Notes: a model not told the origin generated them from the sequence alone. A DNA stretch of 32,000 nt from Mycobacterium leprae TN (GCF_000195855.1 NC_002677.1:2700001-2732000); one strand, 5' to 3'; numbered from the stretch's first letter, positions 18,808 to 28,911 are shown. A program made the numbers and translations.

Positions 18808-20549
18808 GTGACCGAAACCGCCGGCCCGTCGTCGTATCCGTCGTAAACGCCATTCTCTGAGCAAGCCAACTCCGAACTCTACCGCGAAACCGAAGAAGAC
18901 CGACTAGCTTTTGACCTTTTGACGCAAGCAGCTAATCAGCTATTGTGGTCAACGCCATTCGCCGAGGTGCTGAACTGGTCGGGGAGCCATTCGCCAGGTG
19001 GTTTTGTAGGCGACACGATCAACGTCACCTACAACTGCCTGAACCGTCATGTCGCGGAGGTCCACAAGAATCGTGGCCACTATCTCGCTGGGAGGACAAG
19101 CCCGGTGATAGTCGCTGGCTGAGCTAGTTCGGTATCTAAAGACCCAGGTGTGCAAAGCGGCCAACGCGCTGAACGGCATCAGTCTGGTTGCCATCTAACT
19201 GCTGTGCCTGTATCGCGATTTTGGTGTGGGCACTATACACAGCGTGGTGTTCTGCGGCTTTGCCACACACGCGCTACGAGCCCGGATCACCGATGCTGAC
19301 ACGAAACTGCTGATCATCAGCGACGGGCAGTTCCGGCGCAACAAACCAGTGTCGCTCAAGAACACCGCCGACAAAGCCTTGACGCCGGGCACAGACGGCG
19401 CAACCAGCACCGTCGAGCATATTCTGGTGGTGCAGCGCACCGGAATTGATCTGTCCTAGAACAACAAAAGCTACCCGTGGTGACACGACGTTGTCGACTC
19501 CAGAAGTATCAAGCATACTCCGGAGCCGTTCAACACCAAGTAGCCATTATTTCTGCACTACACCTCGGGTGCCCACTGGAAAAAACCAAGGGTATCGTGC
19601 ACACCAGTGGTGACTATCTCACTCAGTGTAGCTACACGATTCACAACATTTTCGCTTTCCAGCCGGACCGTGACGTTTTCTGGTGTATCGTCGACCCCTG
19701 CTTGGGTCACCGGGCACAACCTACCGGTTCTACGGTCCACTATCGCACGACGTAATCGAGGTGCTCTATGAGAGCACACCCAATACCCCAGACCGGCACC
19801 GGAATTTTCAGATCATCGAAAAGTAAAGTTTTCAGATCTATTACACTGCTACTATCCTGCGGCTACTGGGTAGGTTGGCGAACCGATCGATCCCGAGGCC
19901 TGGCGCTGGTACCGCGAATGTCATAGGCGCCGACAAGCTCCCGATAATGGACACCTGGTGGAAGACTGAGACCGGTTCCGCGATGATCTCGCCGGTGCCG
20001 GAAGTTGCTGCAGCCAATCCAGGTTCGACGATGACGCCATTGCCAAGTATCTCGGACAAGATCGTCGACGACCACGGCAATGCACTACAGCCAGACATTT
20101 ACAATATATAATGCCAAGAAAGCCACCAGTTACCTGGACTTGGATCAGCAGCCGCCCTCGACGCTGCGTAGCATCGAGGGTGACCCGGAGCGGCACCAGA
20201 ACACCTAACTGGTCCAAGTTCGGCTAGCAAAGCTTCTATTTCGCCGGGGACAGTACCCGCTTCGATCCCACTGGTCACGCCATTTTGCGCGTTCGTCATG
20301 CTACTGGCCAATTACGAGGCCCGCGACGGGACCGCCCACGAGCTGCACGGCCGAGATGGCCTAGGAAATCTCACCCATCACCCGGCTGAAATGAGGGGCC
20401 ACATCGTGCCGGAACTGCCCAAAGACACGCAGCGGCAAATCGCAAATCATGCGCCGCTCGCTACGCGACGCCGCCCAGAACCAGCTAGCTGGGCGACAGG
20501 CAACGTTGCTAGATTCCCAGCTATGCTCGACACGATCCACGCTAGTTAG
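18808..20549 (+). pseudogene. acs: Acetyl-CoA synthetase pseudogene (Acs, Rv3667-like)
   Basis: Fragments scattered over all three frames, with stops:
- SSYPS*..ANSELYRETEEDRLAF
- LWSTPFAEVLNWSG...INVTYNCLNRHV
- IHSVVFCGFATHALRARITDADTKLLIISDGQFRRNKP
- HTSGDYLTQCSYT
- DTWWKTETGSAMISPVP
- VPELPKDTQ... Confidence 0.85.
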
Positions 20550-20555
20550 CCGCGA

Positions 20556-21260
20556 TCAGACCGGCTGAGGCACAAATCCTGCGCCGGGCCGGTTATTTTT
20601 GTTGACGTCGGCCAGAATCGCGTTCATCGACATTACCACCGCCGGCGTGTGCAGCGGGATGAATTTGGTGATGCAGACCGGCAGGTTGTCAGTGAACGCC
20701 CCGTGAATCATACCGACTAGCAGATTGTTGACGGTCACCGGCGCTCCGGAGTCTCCTGGTCGTCCGCACACCTGCATAACAAGGGTGCCAGACGTCTCGC
20801 CCATCCCCCAAGCAACGCCACACGAGTTGCCAGTGGTGCGCCCCTGCTTACAGGCGATCTGGCCGAAGGCCGGATCCTGACCGATGCCAGAAATTACAAA
20901 GCCGTTATAGGCGGCCACCGGCATCACCTTAGCCGGATCAAACTTAATCACAGCATAGTCGAGGTTGTCATTACCCGCAATCATGGTTCCCATCGGGCCT
21001 CTGTTCTCCGCACCCTCGGCGGCAACCTGTGCGCCCGGACCGCCACAATGCGCCGAGGTGAAACCTATGAGCTCGGCAGCGCTGTCGGTGCCGATCGTGG
21101 TCAGGGTGCACATCGTGTCACCGTTAATGACAATACCCGCACCGCCACCCATCGGAAGCCTACCGTCAGCAAACACGGTCTTGGCGGGCATGCTCACCAC
21201 GGCCAAGAGCACGGCAACCAGAGCCACCAGAATGCACCAGTGCCCCCTTCGCAAAACCAA
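20556..21260 (-). CDS. Secreted/membrane-anchored trypsin-like (S1) serine protease, Rv3668c-like
   Basis: Intact 234-aa ORF with an N-terminal hydrophobic anchor (WCILVALVAVLLAVV). The catalytic triad context is present: FTSAHCG (His), DYAVIKF (Asp), GRPGDSGAPV (Ser). The start is either the TTG at 21260 or the third-codon TTG at 21254, which has better SD spacing. Confidence 0.88.
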   Translation of the reverse strand: MVLRRGHWCILVALVAVLLAVVSMPAKTVFADGRLPMGGGAGIVINGDTMCTLTTIGTDSAAELIGFTSAHCGGPGAQVAAEGAENRGPMGTMIAGNDNLDYAVIKFDPAKVMPVAAYNGFVISGIGQDPAFGQIACKQGRTTGNSCGVAWGMGETSGTLVMQVCGRPGDSGAPVTVNNLLVGMIHGAFTDNLPVCITKFIPLHTPAVVMSMNAILADVNKNNRPGAGFVPQPV

Positions 21261-21463
21261 ACTCCCCTCTAACCTCTAACCTGGTCGGAGCGCAGGGGCG
21301 CCAGTGTAAACGATCACCGTGCAGTACCGGTTCCGTACAAATTGTGATGGACGTCAATTAGTCGACCCCAAATTCTGCTGTCGGTTCAATTGGCTTCGTC
21401 TGAATACAGAACCGCATGGCAACATAAACCGCGACGACGGCGAATTCTCGAAAGGACCGGGCT

Positions 21464-22009
21464 ATGAGCAAAGGCGATCGCAAGAACGGTGTGCCCAGCA
21501 CCCTGACCACGATTCCGTTGGTCGACCCGCACGCCGAACCCACTGAGCCATCGATAGGTGATCTGATCAAAGATGCGACAACTCAAGTATCCACGCTGGT
21601 GCGCGCCGAGGTTGAGTTGGCCCGCGCCGAGATCATTCGTGACGTCAAGAAGGGTCTGACAGGCAGCGTTTTCTTCATCGCCGCACTGGTGGTGTTGTTC
21701 TACTCGACATTCTTTTTCTTCTTGTTCCTCGCCGAGCTGCTTGACACCTGGCTATGGCGCTGGGTGGCCTTACTGATCGTTTTCGCGATTATGGTCATGG
21801 TCACGGCTGCGCTAGCACTATTGGGCTACGTGAAGATCCGCCGGATCCGGGGACCGCACCAAACCATCGAGTCGGTCAAGGAGACACGCACCGCCCTCAC
21901 CCCCGGCCACGATAAGGCGCAAGCCAGGCCGCGCAAACTCACCGGATCCGGCACTAACCCGGAAAACAATCCCGACCGCAGGACCCCCGCCGATCCCTCG
22001 GGTTGGTAG
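21464..22009 (+). CDS. Conserved membrane protein of the actinobacterial holin-X / phage-holin-3_6-like family, Rv3669-like
   Basis: 181-aa ORF. An amphipathic N-terminal helix (LVRAEVELARAEIIRDVKKG) is followed by two TM helices and a charged, Pro-rich tail. Its stop is directly abutted by the next gene's ATG. Confidence 0.8.
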   Translation: MSKGDRKNGVPSTLTTIPLVDPHAEPTEPSIGDLIKDATTQVSTLVRAEVELARAEIIRDVKKGLTGSVFFIAALVVLFYSTFFFFLFLAELLDTWLWRWVALLIVFAIMVMVTAALALLGYVKIRRIRGPHQTIESVKETRTALTPGHDKAQARPRKLTGSGTNPENNPDRRTPADPSGW

Positions 22010-22984
22010 ATGGCAATGTCGAACCCGTCGGTGACCCGTATCGCCGGGCCATGGCACCATCTGGACGTGCACGCCAACGGCATCCGATTCCACGTCGTCG
22101 AGGCGGTGCCCACCCAGCCAGCCGGCCAGGACTGCGCCCCTTCGGCTACGGCACGACCACTGGTAATGCTGCTGCATGGTTTCGGTTCTTTCTGGTGGTC
22201 CTGGCGTCATCAGCTACGCGGCCTGACCGAAGCGCGACTGGTCGCGGTGGACCTGCGTGGCTACGGTGGCAGCGACAAACCGCCCCGCGGCTATGACGGC
22301 TGGACACTTGCCGGCGACACAGCCGGGCTCATCCGAGCACTGGGGCACTCATCGGCGACACTGGTTGGCCACGCCGAAGGCGGGCTTGCGTGCTGGGCCA
22401 CCGCGCTGCTGCACCCACGGCTGGTGCGCGCCATTGCCCTGATCAACTCACCGCACCCAGCAGCGTTACGACGATCAATGCTGACGCACCGTAATCAAGG
22501 TTACGCACTGCTGCCGACGTTGCTACGCTACCAGTTACCAATTTGGCCGGAACGTTTGCTGACCCGCAATAACGCAGCGGAGATCGAACGCCTAGTCCGC
22601 AGTCGCAGCAGTGCCAAATGGCAAGCTTGCGAGGATTTCGCGGTCACGATCGACCATTTGCGTATAGCGATCCAGATTCCGGCTGCCGCGCACTGTGCAC
22701 TCGAGTATCAGCGTTGGGCAGTGCGTAGCCAGCTACGTAACGAAGGCCGTAAATTCATGAAATCGATGTCTCGACCATTCAGCGTACCGCTGCTGCACGT
22801 ACGCGGCGACGCGGATCCCTACCTGCTAGCCGACTCGGTGGACCGAACACGGCGCTATGCACCGCACGGACGCTACGTATCCGTTTCCGACGCAGGACAT
22901 TTCAGTCACGAAGAAGCACCAGAGGAAATTAACAGATACCTGACGCGGTTTCTCAAGCAGGTTCACGGGCCCCGGCTCAGCTGA
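22010..22984 (+). CDS. ephE: Alpha/beta-fold hydrolase of the epoxide-hydrolase type, EphE/Rv3670-like, with atypical active-site motifs
   Basis: 324-aa ORF. It carries HGFGSFWWSWRHQ (HGxP-type oxyanion region), DLRGYGGSDKP and a C-terminal GHFSHEEAPE (catalytic His region). The nucleophile elbow reads GHAEGG instead of GHDWGG. Confidence 0.85.
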   Translation: MAMSNPSVTRIAGPWHHLDVHANGIRFHVVEAVPTQPAGQDCAPSATARPLVMLLHGFGSFWWSWRHQLRGLTEARLVAVDLRGYGGSDKPPRGYDGWTLAGDTAGLIRALGHSSATLVGHAEGGLACWATALLHPRLVRAIALINSPHPAALRRSMLTHRNQGYALLPTLLRYQLPIWPERLLTRNNAAEIERLVRSRSSAKWQACEDFAVTIDHLRIAIQIPAAAHCALEYQRWAVRSQLRNEGRKFMKSMSRPFSVPLLHVRGDADPYLLADSVDRTRRYAPHGRYVSVSDAGHFSHEEAPEEINRYLTRFLKQVHGPRLS

Positions 22985-24182
22985 CGCAGGCCCCAGTGGC
23001 CACCGCCTCCTGGGTCTCACCGATTTCGGTAAGCCGGTGGGACACTTCCTCAGCCGTCAACACGAAACCAGTTTCGGAATCATCGACAGCCGCACCGAAC
23101 ACCACACCAAGCACCCGACCATTAAGGTCGATCAGTGGTCCACCTGAATTGCCTTGTTCCACAGTAGCTCTGATAGTGTACACGTCGCGGGTGACCGGCG
23201 CCAGACCTCGGTAGATGTCGGGTCCGGTGAGTTTGATGGCCTGGCGAATCCTGGCCGAGGTTGCGGTGAAGTTACCGCCGCCGGGATACCCCAGCATCAC
23301 CACGTTGGTGCCCGGCTTGGCCTTAGTGTCGTCGAAGCGCAGCGGCGCAGGCGGCAAATGCGGGACAGCTAGGATAGCGATATCGACCGACGGGTCGTAG
23401 GACACCACGGTGGCGTCAAACGGATTGCCGCTGGCGTACACCTGCACACCGTCGGACCCGGCCACCACGTGTGCGTTGGTCATCACCCGATCGAGCGATA
23501 CCACGAATCCAGTTCCCTCCAACACTTTCTGACAGCTGGGCGCCACACTGCGGATCTTAACCACACTGGGTTGGGTCGCCAGCACCACCGGATTGTCGAC
23601 CAACGCCGGGTCCGGCGACGCGACTGGAAGGACCGGGGTGCGGCTGAACGGCTCTAGCACTGCAGGCAGACCAGACGTATTCAGCAGCGCCGAGAGCCGC
23701 TTAGGCACCGTCTTCAGCCAGGGTGGCGCGACCTCATTGACTGAAGCGAGCGCCCGCGAACCCCGGACCGCGGAGGCCAGCTCTGGCTGCTCTTTCGACT
23801 GGGTCAGCGGTGTCGCCAACAGCCAAGCCGCGGTCAGCACTACAATGAGCTGAACCCCAACCCCAATGACCGAGTCAACCAATCGCACTGTCCGGCTGCG
23901 GTTCGCGCTGCGCACCGCACGTCCCAGCACCACACCGACGACTTCACCAATCACAACCAATGCGAGGATCAGAAAAAGGGCGGCGAATAATTTGGCGCGC
24001 GGAGCACTGATGTGGCTAACGACGTGCGGCACCAGCAGCACGCCCGCCATTGCGCCGAACAGTACGCCGATTAACGACAGCAGAGACCCCAACGCGCCCG
24101 AACGCCAGCCCGAAATGGCAGCGATGAACGCGACCGCTAGAACAGCGATATCCAGCCACTCCGACAGAGTCATCGAACTCAT
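22977..24182 (-). CDS. marP: Membrane-anchored periplasmic serine protease MarP (CvpA-like 4-TM N-domain + chymotrypsin-like domain), Rv3671c-like
   Basis: 401-aa ORF with four N-terminal TM helices. The protease triad is present: TNAHVVAG (His), DIAIL (Asp), GNSGGPL (Ser). Its 3' end overlaps ephE convergently by 8 bp. Confidence 0.93.
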   Translation of the reverse strand: MSSMTLSEWLDIAVLAVAFIAAISGWRSGALGSLLSLIGVLFGAMAGVLLVPHVVSHISAPRAKLFAALFLILALVVIGEVVGVVLGRAVRSANRSRTVRLVDSVIGVGVQLIVVLTAAWLLATPLTQSKEQPELASAVRGSRALASVNEVAPPWLKTVPKRLSALLNTSGLPAVLEPFSRTPVLPVASPDPALVDNPVVLATQPSVVKIRSVAPSCQKVLEGTGFVVSLDRVMTNAHVVAGSDGVQVYASGNPFDATVVSYDPSVDIAILAVPHLPPAPLRFDDTKAKPGTNVVMLGYPGGGNFTATSARIRQAIKLTGPDIYRGLAPVTRDVYTIRATVEQGNSGGPLIDLNGRVLGVVFGAAVDDSETGFVLTAEEVSHRLTEIGETQEAVATGACVS

Positions 24183-24979
24183 CGCGGATCTCCCTGACTA
24201 TCGACCAGCGCCATCGCCTCGCCCACCTCGCGAACGTCGGTGACGTCCCAGGATTGAGCCCAGCCGGCGACGTCGAGCATCGCAGCGATCACCTGGCCAG
24301 TGAATCCCCACACCAGCATATCGTTCAATAGGAACGCCGGCCCGTACCAGCGGTGGCCATGGGCACGACGGTACACCATCAGCCGGTTGGCCGGATTAAT
24401 GAAGGCACACAACGGAACCCGCGCCACGATCGCCGTTTCGGCCTCGTTCACGACAGCCACAGGCCCGGGATCAGCCGAGTAGGCCAACACCGGCACCACA
24501 TGGAACCGTGAAGGCGCAATAAACATCCGCTCCAATGTGGCCAATGGATGGAGCCTGGCGAGGTCGATCCCGGTTTCTTCGTGTGCTTCGCGAAGAGCGG
24601 TCGCGACCGGCCCGTCATCGGTGGGATCGGAGGCACCCCCGGGGAATGCCGCCTGCCCCGCATGGTGACGCAGTGTCGACGCCCGCACAGTCAGCAACAG
24701 ATCGGCGTCGTCGGGCGCACCACCGTCCGGCGGCCCAGATTCCGGACCCGAGAACAGCACCAGTACAGCAGCCTCACGCCCGTCGCGGCGCAAAGCCACC
24801 GATGGTATCGCCCTGGCCGCGGTCACTATTGCCAGCACATCTGCCGGTAGAAGACGCTGATATACACCCGGCATCACAGCGATGTTGTCAACCAGCGGAC
24901 GCAGCCAGGACGGTCCGACGTCAAACACCAGAGGAACCGTCCCCTGCACGCGGGCAGTACATCCAGCACTCACCGGCAC
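24179..24979 (-). CDS. Nudix hydrolase (CoA-pyrophosphatase-like), Rv3672c-like
   Basis: 266-aa ORF with the Nudix box GGASDPTDDGPVATALREAHEETGID (Gx5Ex7REUxEExGU). Its stop overlaps the marP ATG (ATGA at 24179-24182). Confidence 0.9.
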   Translation of the reverse strand: MPVSAGCTARVQGTVPLVFDVGPSWLRPLVDNIAVMPGVYQRLLPADVLAIVTAARAIPSVALRRDGREAAVLVLFSGPESGPPDGGAPDDADLLLTVRASTLRHHAGQAAFPGGASDPTDDGPVATALREAHEETGIDLARLHPLATLERMFIAPSRFHVVPVLAYSADPGPVAVVNEAETAIVARVPLCAFINPANRLMVYRRAHGHRWYGPAFLLNDMLVWGFTGQVIAAMLDVAGWAQSWDVTDVREVGEAMALVDSQGDPR

Positions 24980-25024
24980 CTCACAGTTGCCCGGCCTCCC
25001 ACCGCTCCGGATTGCCGACCTCGC

Positions 25025-25672
25025 TCATCCCGTGTCGTTCCCTACCGCAGCCGCGATTTGGTCGACACTCACTAAAGCCCGAGGCAGCGTCTGCGCAACG
25101 CTACCGTCCGGGCGCAAGACCACAGTAGTGGGTATCACATTTGCGACCCCGAACGCCGCCGCAACACGCCGGCGACCGTCCTGCAGGGTCGGCAGCCGCA
25201 CACCGAGCTGCGCCAACCGCAGTAACGCGGCCATCTCATTCTCGTCTTGATGCACCGTAACCACCATCACGTCAGATCCGACCCGTCGTTGATACTCGAC
25301 CATCGCAGGCAGTTCGCCCAGGCATGACGCACACCAACTGGCCCACAAGTTCAAGACCACCCGGCGTCCGGCCAGCGCCCGAGCGACATCGACGGCGAAA
25401 CCGTCCGACGCGCATTCCAACACCACACCGCGCAATACCGCCGGACCTGGACCACTCCCGGCATCAGGACACGGTGGCAGGTTCGCATGCTCCCGTGGCC
25501 CCGCCAACGCAGCCGGAGTGTCGGCATCACGATGTTCGCGTTCGATGGTTGCCTGGGTCATCTCGATGGTTCGCGCGTTGTCGCGCAGCTGGCCCACCAA
25601 AGCCGCCACCAGCGCGACCACCACTGCAAGTACTACGATGGTCCCACAGGTTTTCGGGGTTAAGGTCTTCAT
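25025..25672 (-). CDS. Membrane-anchored TlpA/ResA-like thioredoxin-fold thiol-disulfide oxidoreductase, Rv3673c-like
   Basis: 215-aa ORF with an N-terminal TM helix (IVVLAVVVALVAALV) and the CxxC active site WASWCASC. Confidence 0.9.
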   Translation of the reverse strand: MKTLTPKTCGTIVVLAVVVALVAALVGQLRDNARTIEMTQATIEREHRDADTPAALAGPREHANLPPCPDAGSGPGPAVLRGVVLECASDGFAVDVARALAGRRVVLNLWASWCASCLGELPAMVEYQRRVGSDVMVVTVHQDENEMAALLRLAQLGVRLPTLQDGRRRVAAAFGVANVIPTTVVLRPDGSVAQTLPRALVSVDQIAAAVGNDTG

Positions 25673-25722
25673 TGCGGTCCCAACGCGGCAGAGTTGGACG
25701 GTCCGTTATCTACAACCTGAAC

Positions 25723-26520
25723 TTATAGTCCAGCCAGGGCCAGCAAGTGCCCGGCTTCCGGGCCTTGGACGAGAGGCGCGGCCAGCAGCGGTTCAGTGGG
25801 GCCAAGGCCGAAGGAGGGACAGTCCTTGGCAAGTACGCAAACACCGCATGCCGGTTTGCGCGCGTGGCACACCCGACGACCGTGGAAGATCACTCGGTGG
25901 CTCAGCAAAGTCCACTGATCGCGTTCGATCAGTTCACCGACAGCATGCTCCACCTTGACTGGATCCTCTTCGGCCGTCCAACGCCATCGCCGCACTAATC
26001 GTCCAAAATGCGTGTCGACAGTGATCCCGGGGATACCGAACGCATTTCCCAGAATGACATTAGCGGTCTTGCGTCCTACACCGGGTAACGTAAACAGGTC
26101 AACCATGGTCGAGGGCACCTCGCCATCGAACCGCTCGACCAAGGCCTGCCCGAGCCTGATAAGCGAAGCCGCCTTGTTACGGAAGAAACCCGTAGGACGT
26201 ATGAAGTTTTCTAGTTCAGCGCGATCCGCTTGCATGTAGTCCAGCGCCGACCGGTAACGCGCAAACACAGCTGGTGTCGTCAAGTTCACCCGCTTATCGG
26301 TGCTCTGCGCCGAAAGGATGGTGGCCACCGTCAACTCCAGCGGCGACGTGAAATCCAATTCACAGTACACATGCGGAAATGCTTGCGCCAATGCACGATT
26401 CATCCTCCGCGCCCGTCGCACCAAACCCAGTCTGGTTTCCCCGGACCAGCGCCGGGCCACGTCGACACCAGGCGTGAGGGGCATTACTTTAGAACGCCCG
26501 TATAACTTTGCTGCTGTCAC
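25723..26520 (-). CDS. nth: Endonuclease III (base-excision DNA glycosylase/AP lyase)
   Basis: It carries the HhH-GPD motif [14 protein letters not shown] and the 4Fe-4S ligands [17 protein letters not shown] (C-x6-C-x2-C-x5-C). The start may instead be the internal ATG at 26484 (MPLTPG...). Confidence 0.93.
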   Translation of the reverse strand: MTAAKLYGRSKVMPLTPGVDVARRWSGETRLGLVRRARRMNRALAQAFPHVYCELDFTSPLELTVATILSAQSTDKRVNLTTPAVFARYRSALDYMQADRAELENFIRPTGFFRNKAASLIRLGQALVERFDGEVPSTMVDLFTLPGVGRKTANVILGNAFGIPGITVDTHFGRLVRRWRWTAEEDPVKVEHAVGELIERDQWTLLSHRVIFHGRRVCHARKPACGVCVLAKDCPSFGLGPTEPLLAAPLVQGPEAGHLLALAGL

Positions 26521-26909
26521 CCACGACAGAGTACCGAATTTCGTAATCCCACTGAGACCTGAGCCAGGTTTACTCTCCTTGTGTCATGGTTGCTGATGAC
26601 CTGTGTGCCGATGACGCTTATGCTCGCAACGCTTGGATTGGAGCGATTGGAAAAGGAATCTGGCCCATGACACCGTTAGCGTGACCAACGTCGCCGAGTT
26701 TCTTGATCCCGCTAAGGCCGGCTTACCCACGCCAGTACACCAGCGTCGGCGGATCAATCCACAGGTTAATGCGACCCAACACGTCAATCGTGTGTAGCGT
26801 TGGCAAATTGAATCTGTTAGCCCTAGTCTCTAGGCTCGTCAGCGAAACAGAGGTAAACCGAGGTTAGCCTACCCATATGACATCGCAAGAAAACTAATTA
26901 AGGGGCAAA

Positions 26910-27584
26910 GTGGACGAGATCCTGGCAAGGGCAGGAATCTTCCAAGGGGTGGAACCCAGCGCCGTAGCTGCGCTGACCAAGCAACTCCAACCTGTCGACT
27001 TCCCCCGTGGCCATACAGTTTTCACTGAAGGCGAGCCAGGCGATCGGCTATACATCATCGTTTCGGGAAAGGTCAAGATCGGTCGCCGCTCACCAGATGG
27101 CCGGGAGAATCTTCTCACGATCATGGGCCCGTCAGACATGTTCGGCGAGTTGTCAATCTTCGACCCAGGACCACGGACGTCCAGCGCGACCACGATCACC
27201 GAAGTCCGAGCGGTATCAATGGACCGCGATGCTCTACGAGCATGGATCGCCGATCGTCCCGAAATCGCCGAACAGCTATTGCGGGTGCTAGCCCGGCGGC
27301 TGCGGCGGACCAACAACAATCTAGCTGACCTCATCTTCACTGACGTGCCTGGTCGGGTGGCTAAGCAACTGTTGCAGCTCGCCCAGCGTTTCGGCACCCA
27401 GGAAGGTGGCGCGATGCGGGTCACCCACGACCTGACGCAAGAGGAGATCGCGCAATTGGTAGGCGCTTCCCGAGAAACGGTGAACAAGGCGCTGGCCGAT
27501 TTCGCGCACCGCGGCTGGATCCGTTTAGACGGTAAGAGCGTGCTGATCTCGGACTCCGAACGCCTCGCCCGACGAGCGAGGTAA
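26910..27584 (+). CDS. crp: cAMP receptor protein (CRP/FNR-family global regulator), Rv3676-like
   Basis: 224-aa ORF with a GTG start preceded by AAGGGG. It has an N-terminal cNMP-binding domain ([18 protein letters not shown]) and a C-terminal HTH ([23 protein letters not shown]). It is almost co-linear with M. tuberculosis CRP as I remember it. Confidence 0.97.
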   Translation: MDEILARAGIFQGVEPSAVAALTKQLQPVDFPRGHTVFTEGEPGDRLYIIVSGKVKIGRRSPDGRENLLTIMGPSDMFGELSIFDPGPRTSSATTITEVRAVSMDRDALRAWIADRPEIAEQLLRVLARRLRRTNNNLADLIFTDVPGRVAKQLLQLAQRFGTQEGGAMRVTHDLTQEEIAQLVGASRETVNKALADFAHRGWIRLDGKSVLISDSERLARRAR

Positions 27585-27661
27585 GCGCCGTTAACATCGA
27601 AATCGACTTGCCGACAAGCTTTCTCGACATTTTTCCACGACAACATCAATCTCGGCGAGTG

Positions 27662-28450
27662 TTAGCGGCGCAGATAATCCAATTGCGCTTGAACAGACCA
27701 TTCGGCCGCATCCCAGAACTTCTCGTCGACGTCGACATAAACATGTTCAACGACCTGCCGTGCAGTCGCGTCGTCACCAAGTTCCCGTAACGCAGCGCGC
27801 ACCTGCTCCAGCCGCTCTTGCCGATGCACCAGGTACCCTGACGCGACCGATTCCAGGTTAGCCAAGTCCGGCCCGTGTCCAGGCAAGACCGTTCGCCGGC
27901 CCAGGCCGCTTAGCCGATGTAGTGATTCCAAGTAGTCCGCCAGGCTGCCGTCGTCGGGATCGATCACGGTGGTACCGTGGCCCAACACACTATCGGCGGT
28001 CAGCACGGCGTCAGCGAGGACGAACGACATAGAATCGGCGGTGTGGCCCGGGGTAGCCAACACGGTAATCGTCAACCCACCAGCATCGATCACCTCACGG
28101 TCGGTCAATGTCACCCCATCGCCCCGTAAAAACTGCGGGTCTGCGGCGCACACCGGTGCGCCGGTCAGCTCGACCAACTTGTCGATGCCGTCAGTATGGT
28201 CGGGGTGCCGGTGGCTAATCAACACCAACGCGATGCGACCCAACGTAGCAACCTGTACAATGTGTTCATCACCTGGCCCGGGATCAACAATGACTAACTC
28301 ACCGCTGCCCGGGCCACGCAACACCCAAGTGTTGGTGCCCTCCAACGTCAACAAACCAGGGTTATCAGCCAACAGAACCGACGCTGTGTCGGTGACCGCC
28401 CGCAGCCGGCCGTATGCGGGATGGGCTAGCCACTTGACCACCTCGGCCAC
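27662..28450 (-). CDS. Metallo-beta-lactamase-fold hydrolase, Rv3677c-like
   Basis: 262-aa ORF with the HxHxDH motif (SHRHPDHTDG) and downstream His/Asp ligands (TPGHTADS, LPGHG). Confidence 0.9.
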   Translation of the reverse strand: MAEVVKWLAHPAYGRLRAVTDTASVLLADNPGLLTLEGTNTWVLRGPGSGELVIVDPGPGDEHIVQVATLGRIALVLISHRHPDHTDGIDKLVELTGAPVCAADPQFLRGDGVTLTDREVIDAGGLTITVLATPGHTADSMSFVLADAVLTADSVLGHGTTVIDPDDGSLADYLESLHRLSGLGRRTVLPGHGPDLANLESVASGYLVHRQERLEQVRAALRELGDDATARQVVEHVYVDVDEKFWDAAEWSVQAQLDYLRR

Positions 28451-28455
28451 GGAAG

Positions 28456-28911
28456 CTAGCCTAGTTCCACGATCAACTCAATTTCCACTGGTGCACCCAG
28501 CGGTAGCTCTGCCACACCGACTGCCGAACGCGCATGCCTACCTCTATCACCGAATACCTCAGCGAACAAGTCGGATGCTCCATTCACGACGCTCGGCTGG
28601 CCATTGAAGCCTGAACTGGAGGCAACGAATCCAACGACCTTGACCACCCCGGTCACCGAGTCGAGACCCACCAAGGAATCCACAGCCGCCAACGCGTTGA
28701 GCGCGCAAATCCGCGCCAACGCCTTGCCTTCGCCTAGGCTGACATCGGCACCGACCTTACCGGTCTGGGGCAACCGCCCGTCCTCGATTGGCAGCTGGCC
28801 CGAGGTGTATACCAAGTTACCGGTGCGCACCGCCGAAACATAGGAAGCCAACGGCGGCGCCGCTTGCGGAAGCTCGATACCTAGTTGTCCAAGCCGGGCT
28901 AAAACGCTCAT
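28456..28911 (-). CDS. RidA/YjgF/L-PSP-family reactive-intermediate deaminase, Rv3678c-like
   Basis: The ORF track extends this ORF to 28980. I place the start at the ATG at 28911 (MSVLARLGQLGIELPQ...), because it overlaps the stop of the upstream DUF4177 ORF (ATGA) and gives a typical ~151-aa RidA. The C-terminus ARSAVGVAELPLGAPVEIE is characteristic of the family. Confidence 0.85.
   Translation of the reverse strand: MSVLARLGQLGIELPQAAPPLASYVSAVRTGNLVYTSGQLPIEDGRLPQTGKVGADVSLGEGKALARICALNALAAVDSLVGLDSVTGVVKVVGFVASSSGFNGQPSVVNGASDLFAEVFGDRGRHARSAVGVAELPLGAPVEIELIVELG

Noticed and set aside
26584-26800. Short plus-strand frames between nth and crp (MVADDLCADDAYARNAWIGAIGKGIWPMTPLA*, then VTNVAEFLDPAKAGLPTPVHQRRRINPQV...), considered as a remnant of the small membrane protein Rv3675
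   Set aside because: The position fits, but I cannot recall the Rv3675 sequence and the fragments are not hydrophobic. There is not enough evidence to call a pseudogene.
26894-27649. 251-aa minus-strand ORF covering the whole crp locus
   Set aside because: It is exactly antisense to an unmistakable CRP gene. Its composition is Arg/Ser/Ala-rich with no motif. Long antisense ORFs of this kind are the usual artefact of high-GC third-position bias.
27969-28607. 212-aa plus-strand ORF
   Set aside because: It is antisense to the MBL-fold hydrolase and the RidA 3' end. It is Ser/Pro/Thr/Asn-rich with no motif, so it is a GC-bias artefact. The same reasoning applies to 822-1403(-), 24535-25128(+), 25518-25958(+), 30077-30514(-) and the many short ORFs inside the SulP gene.
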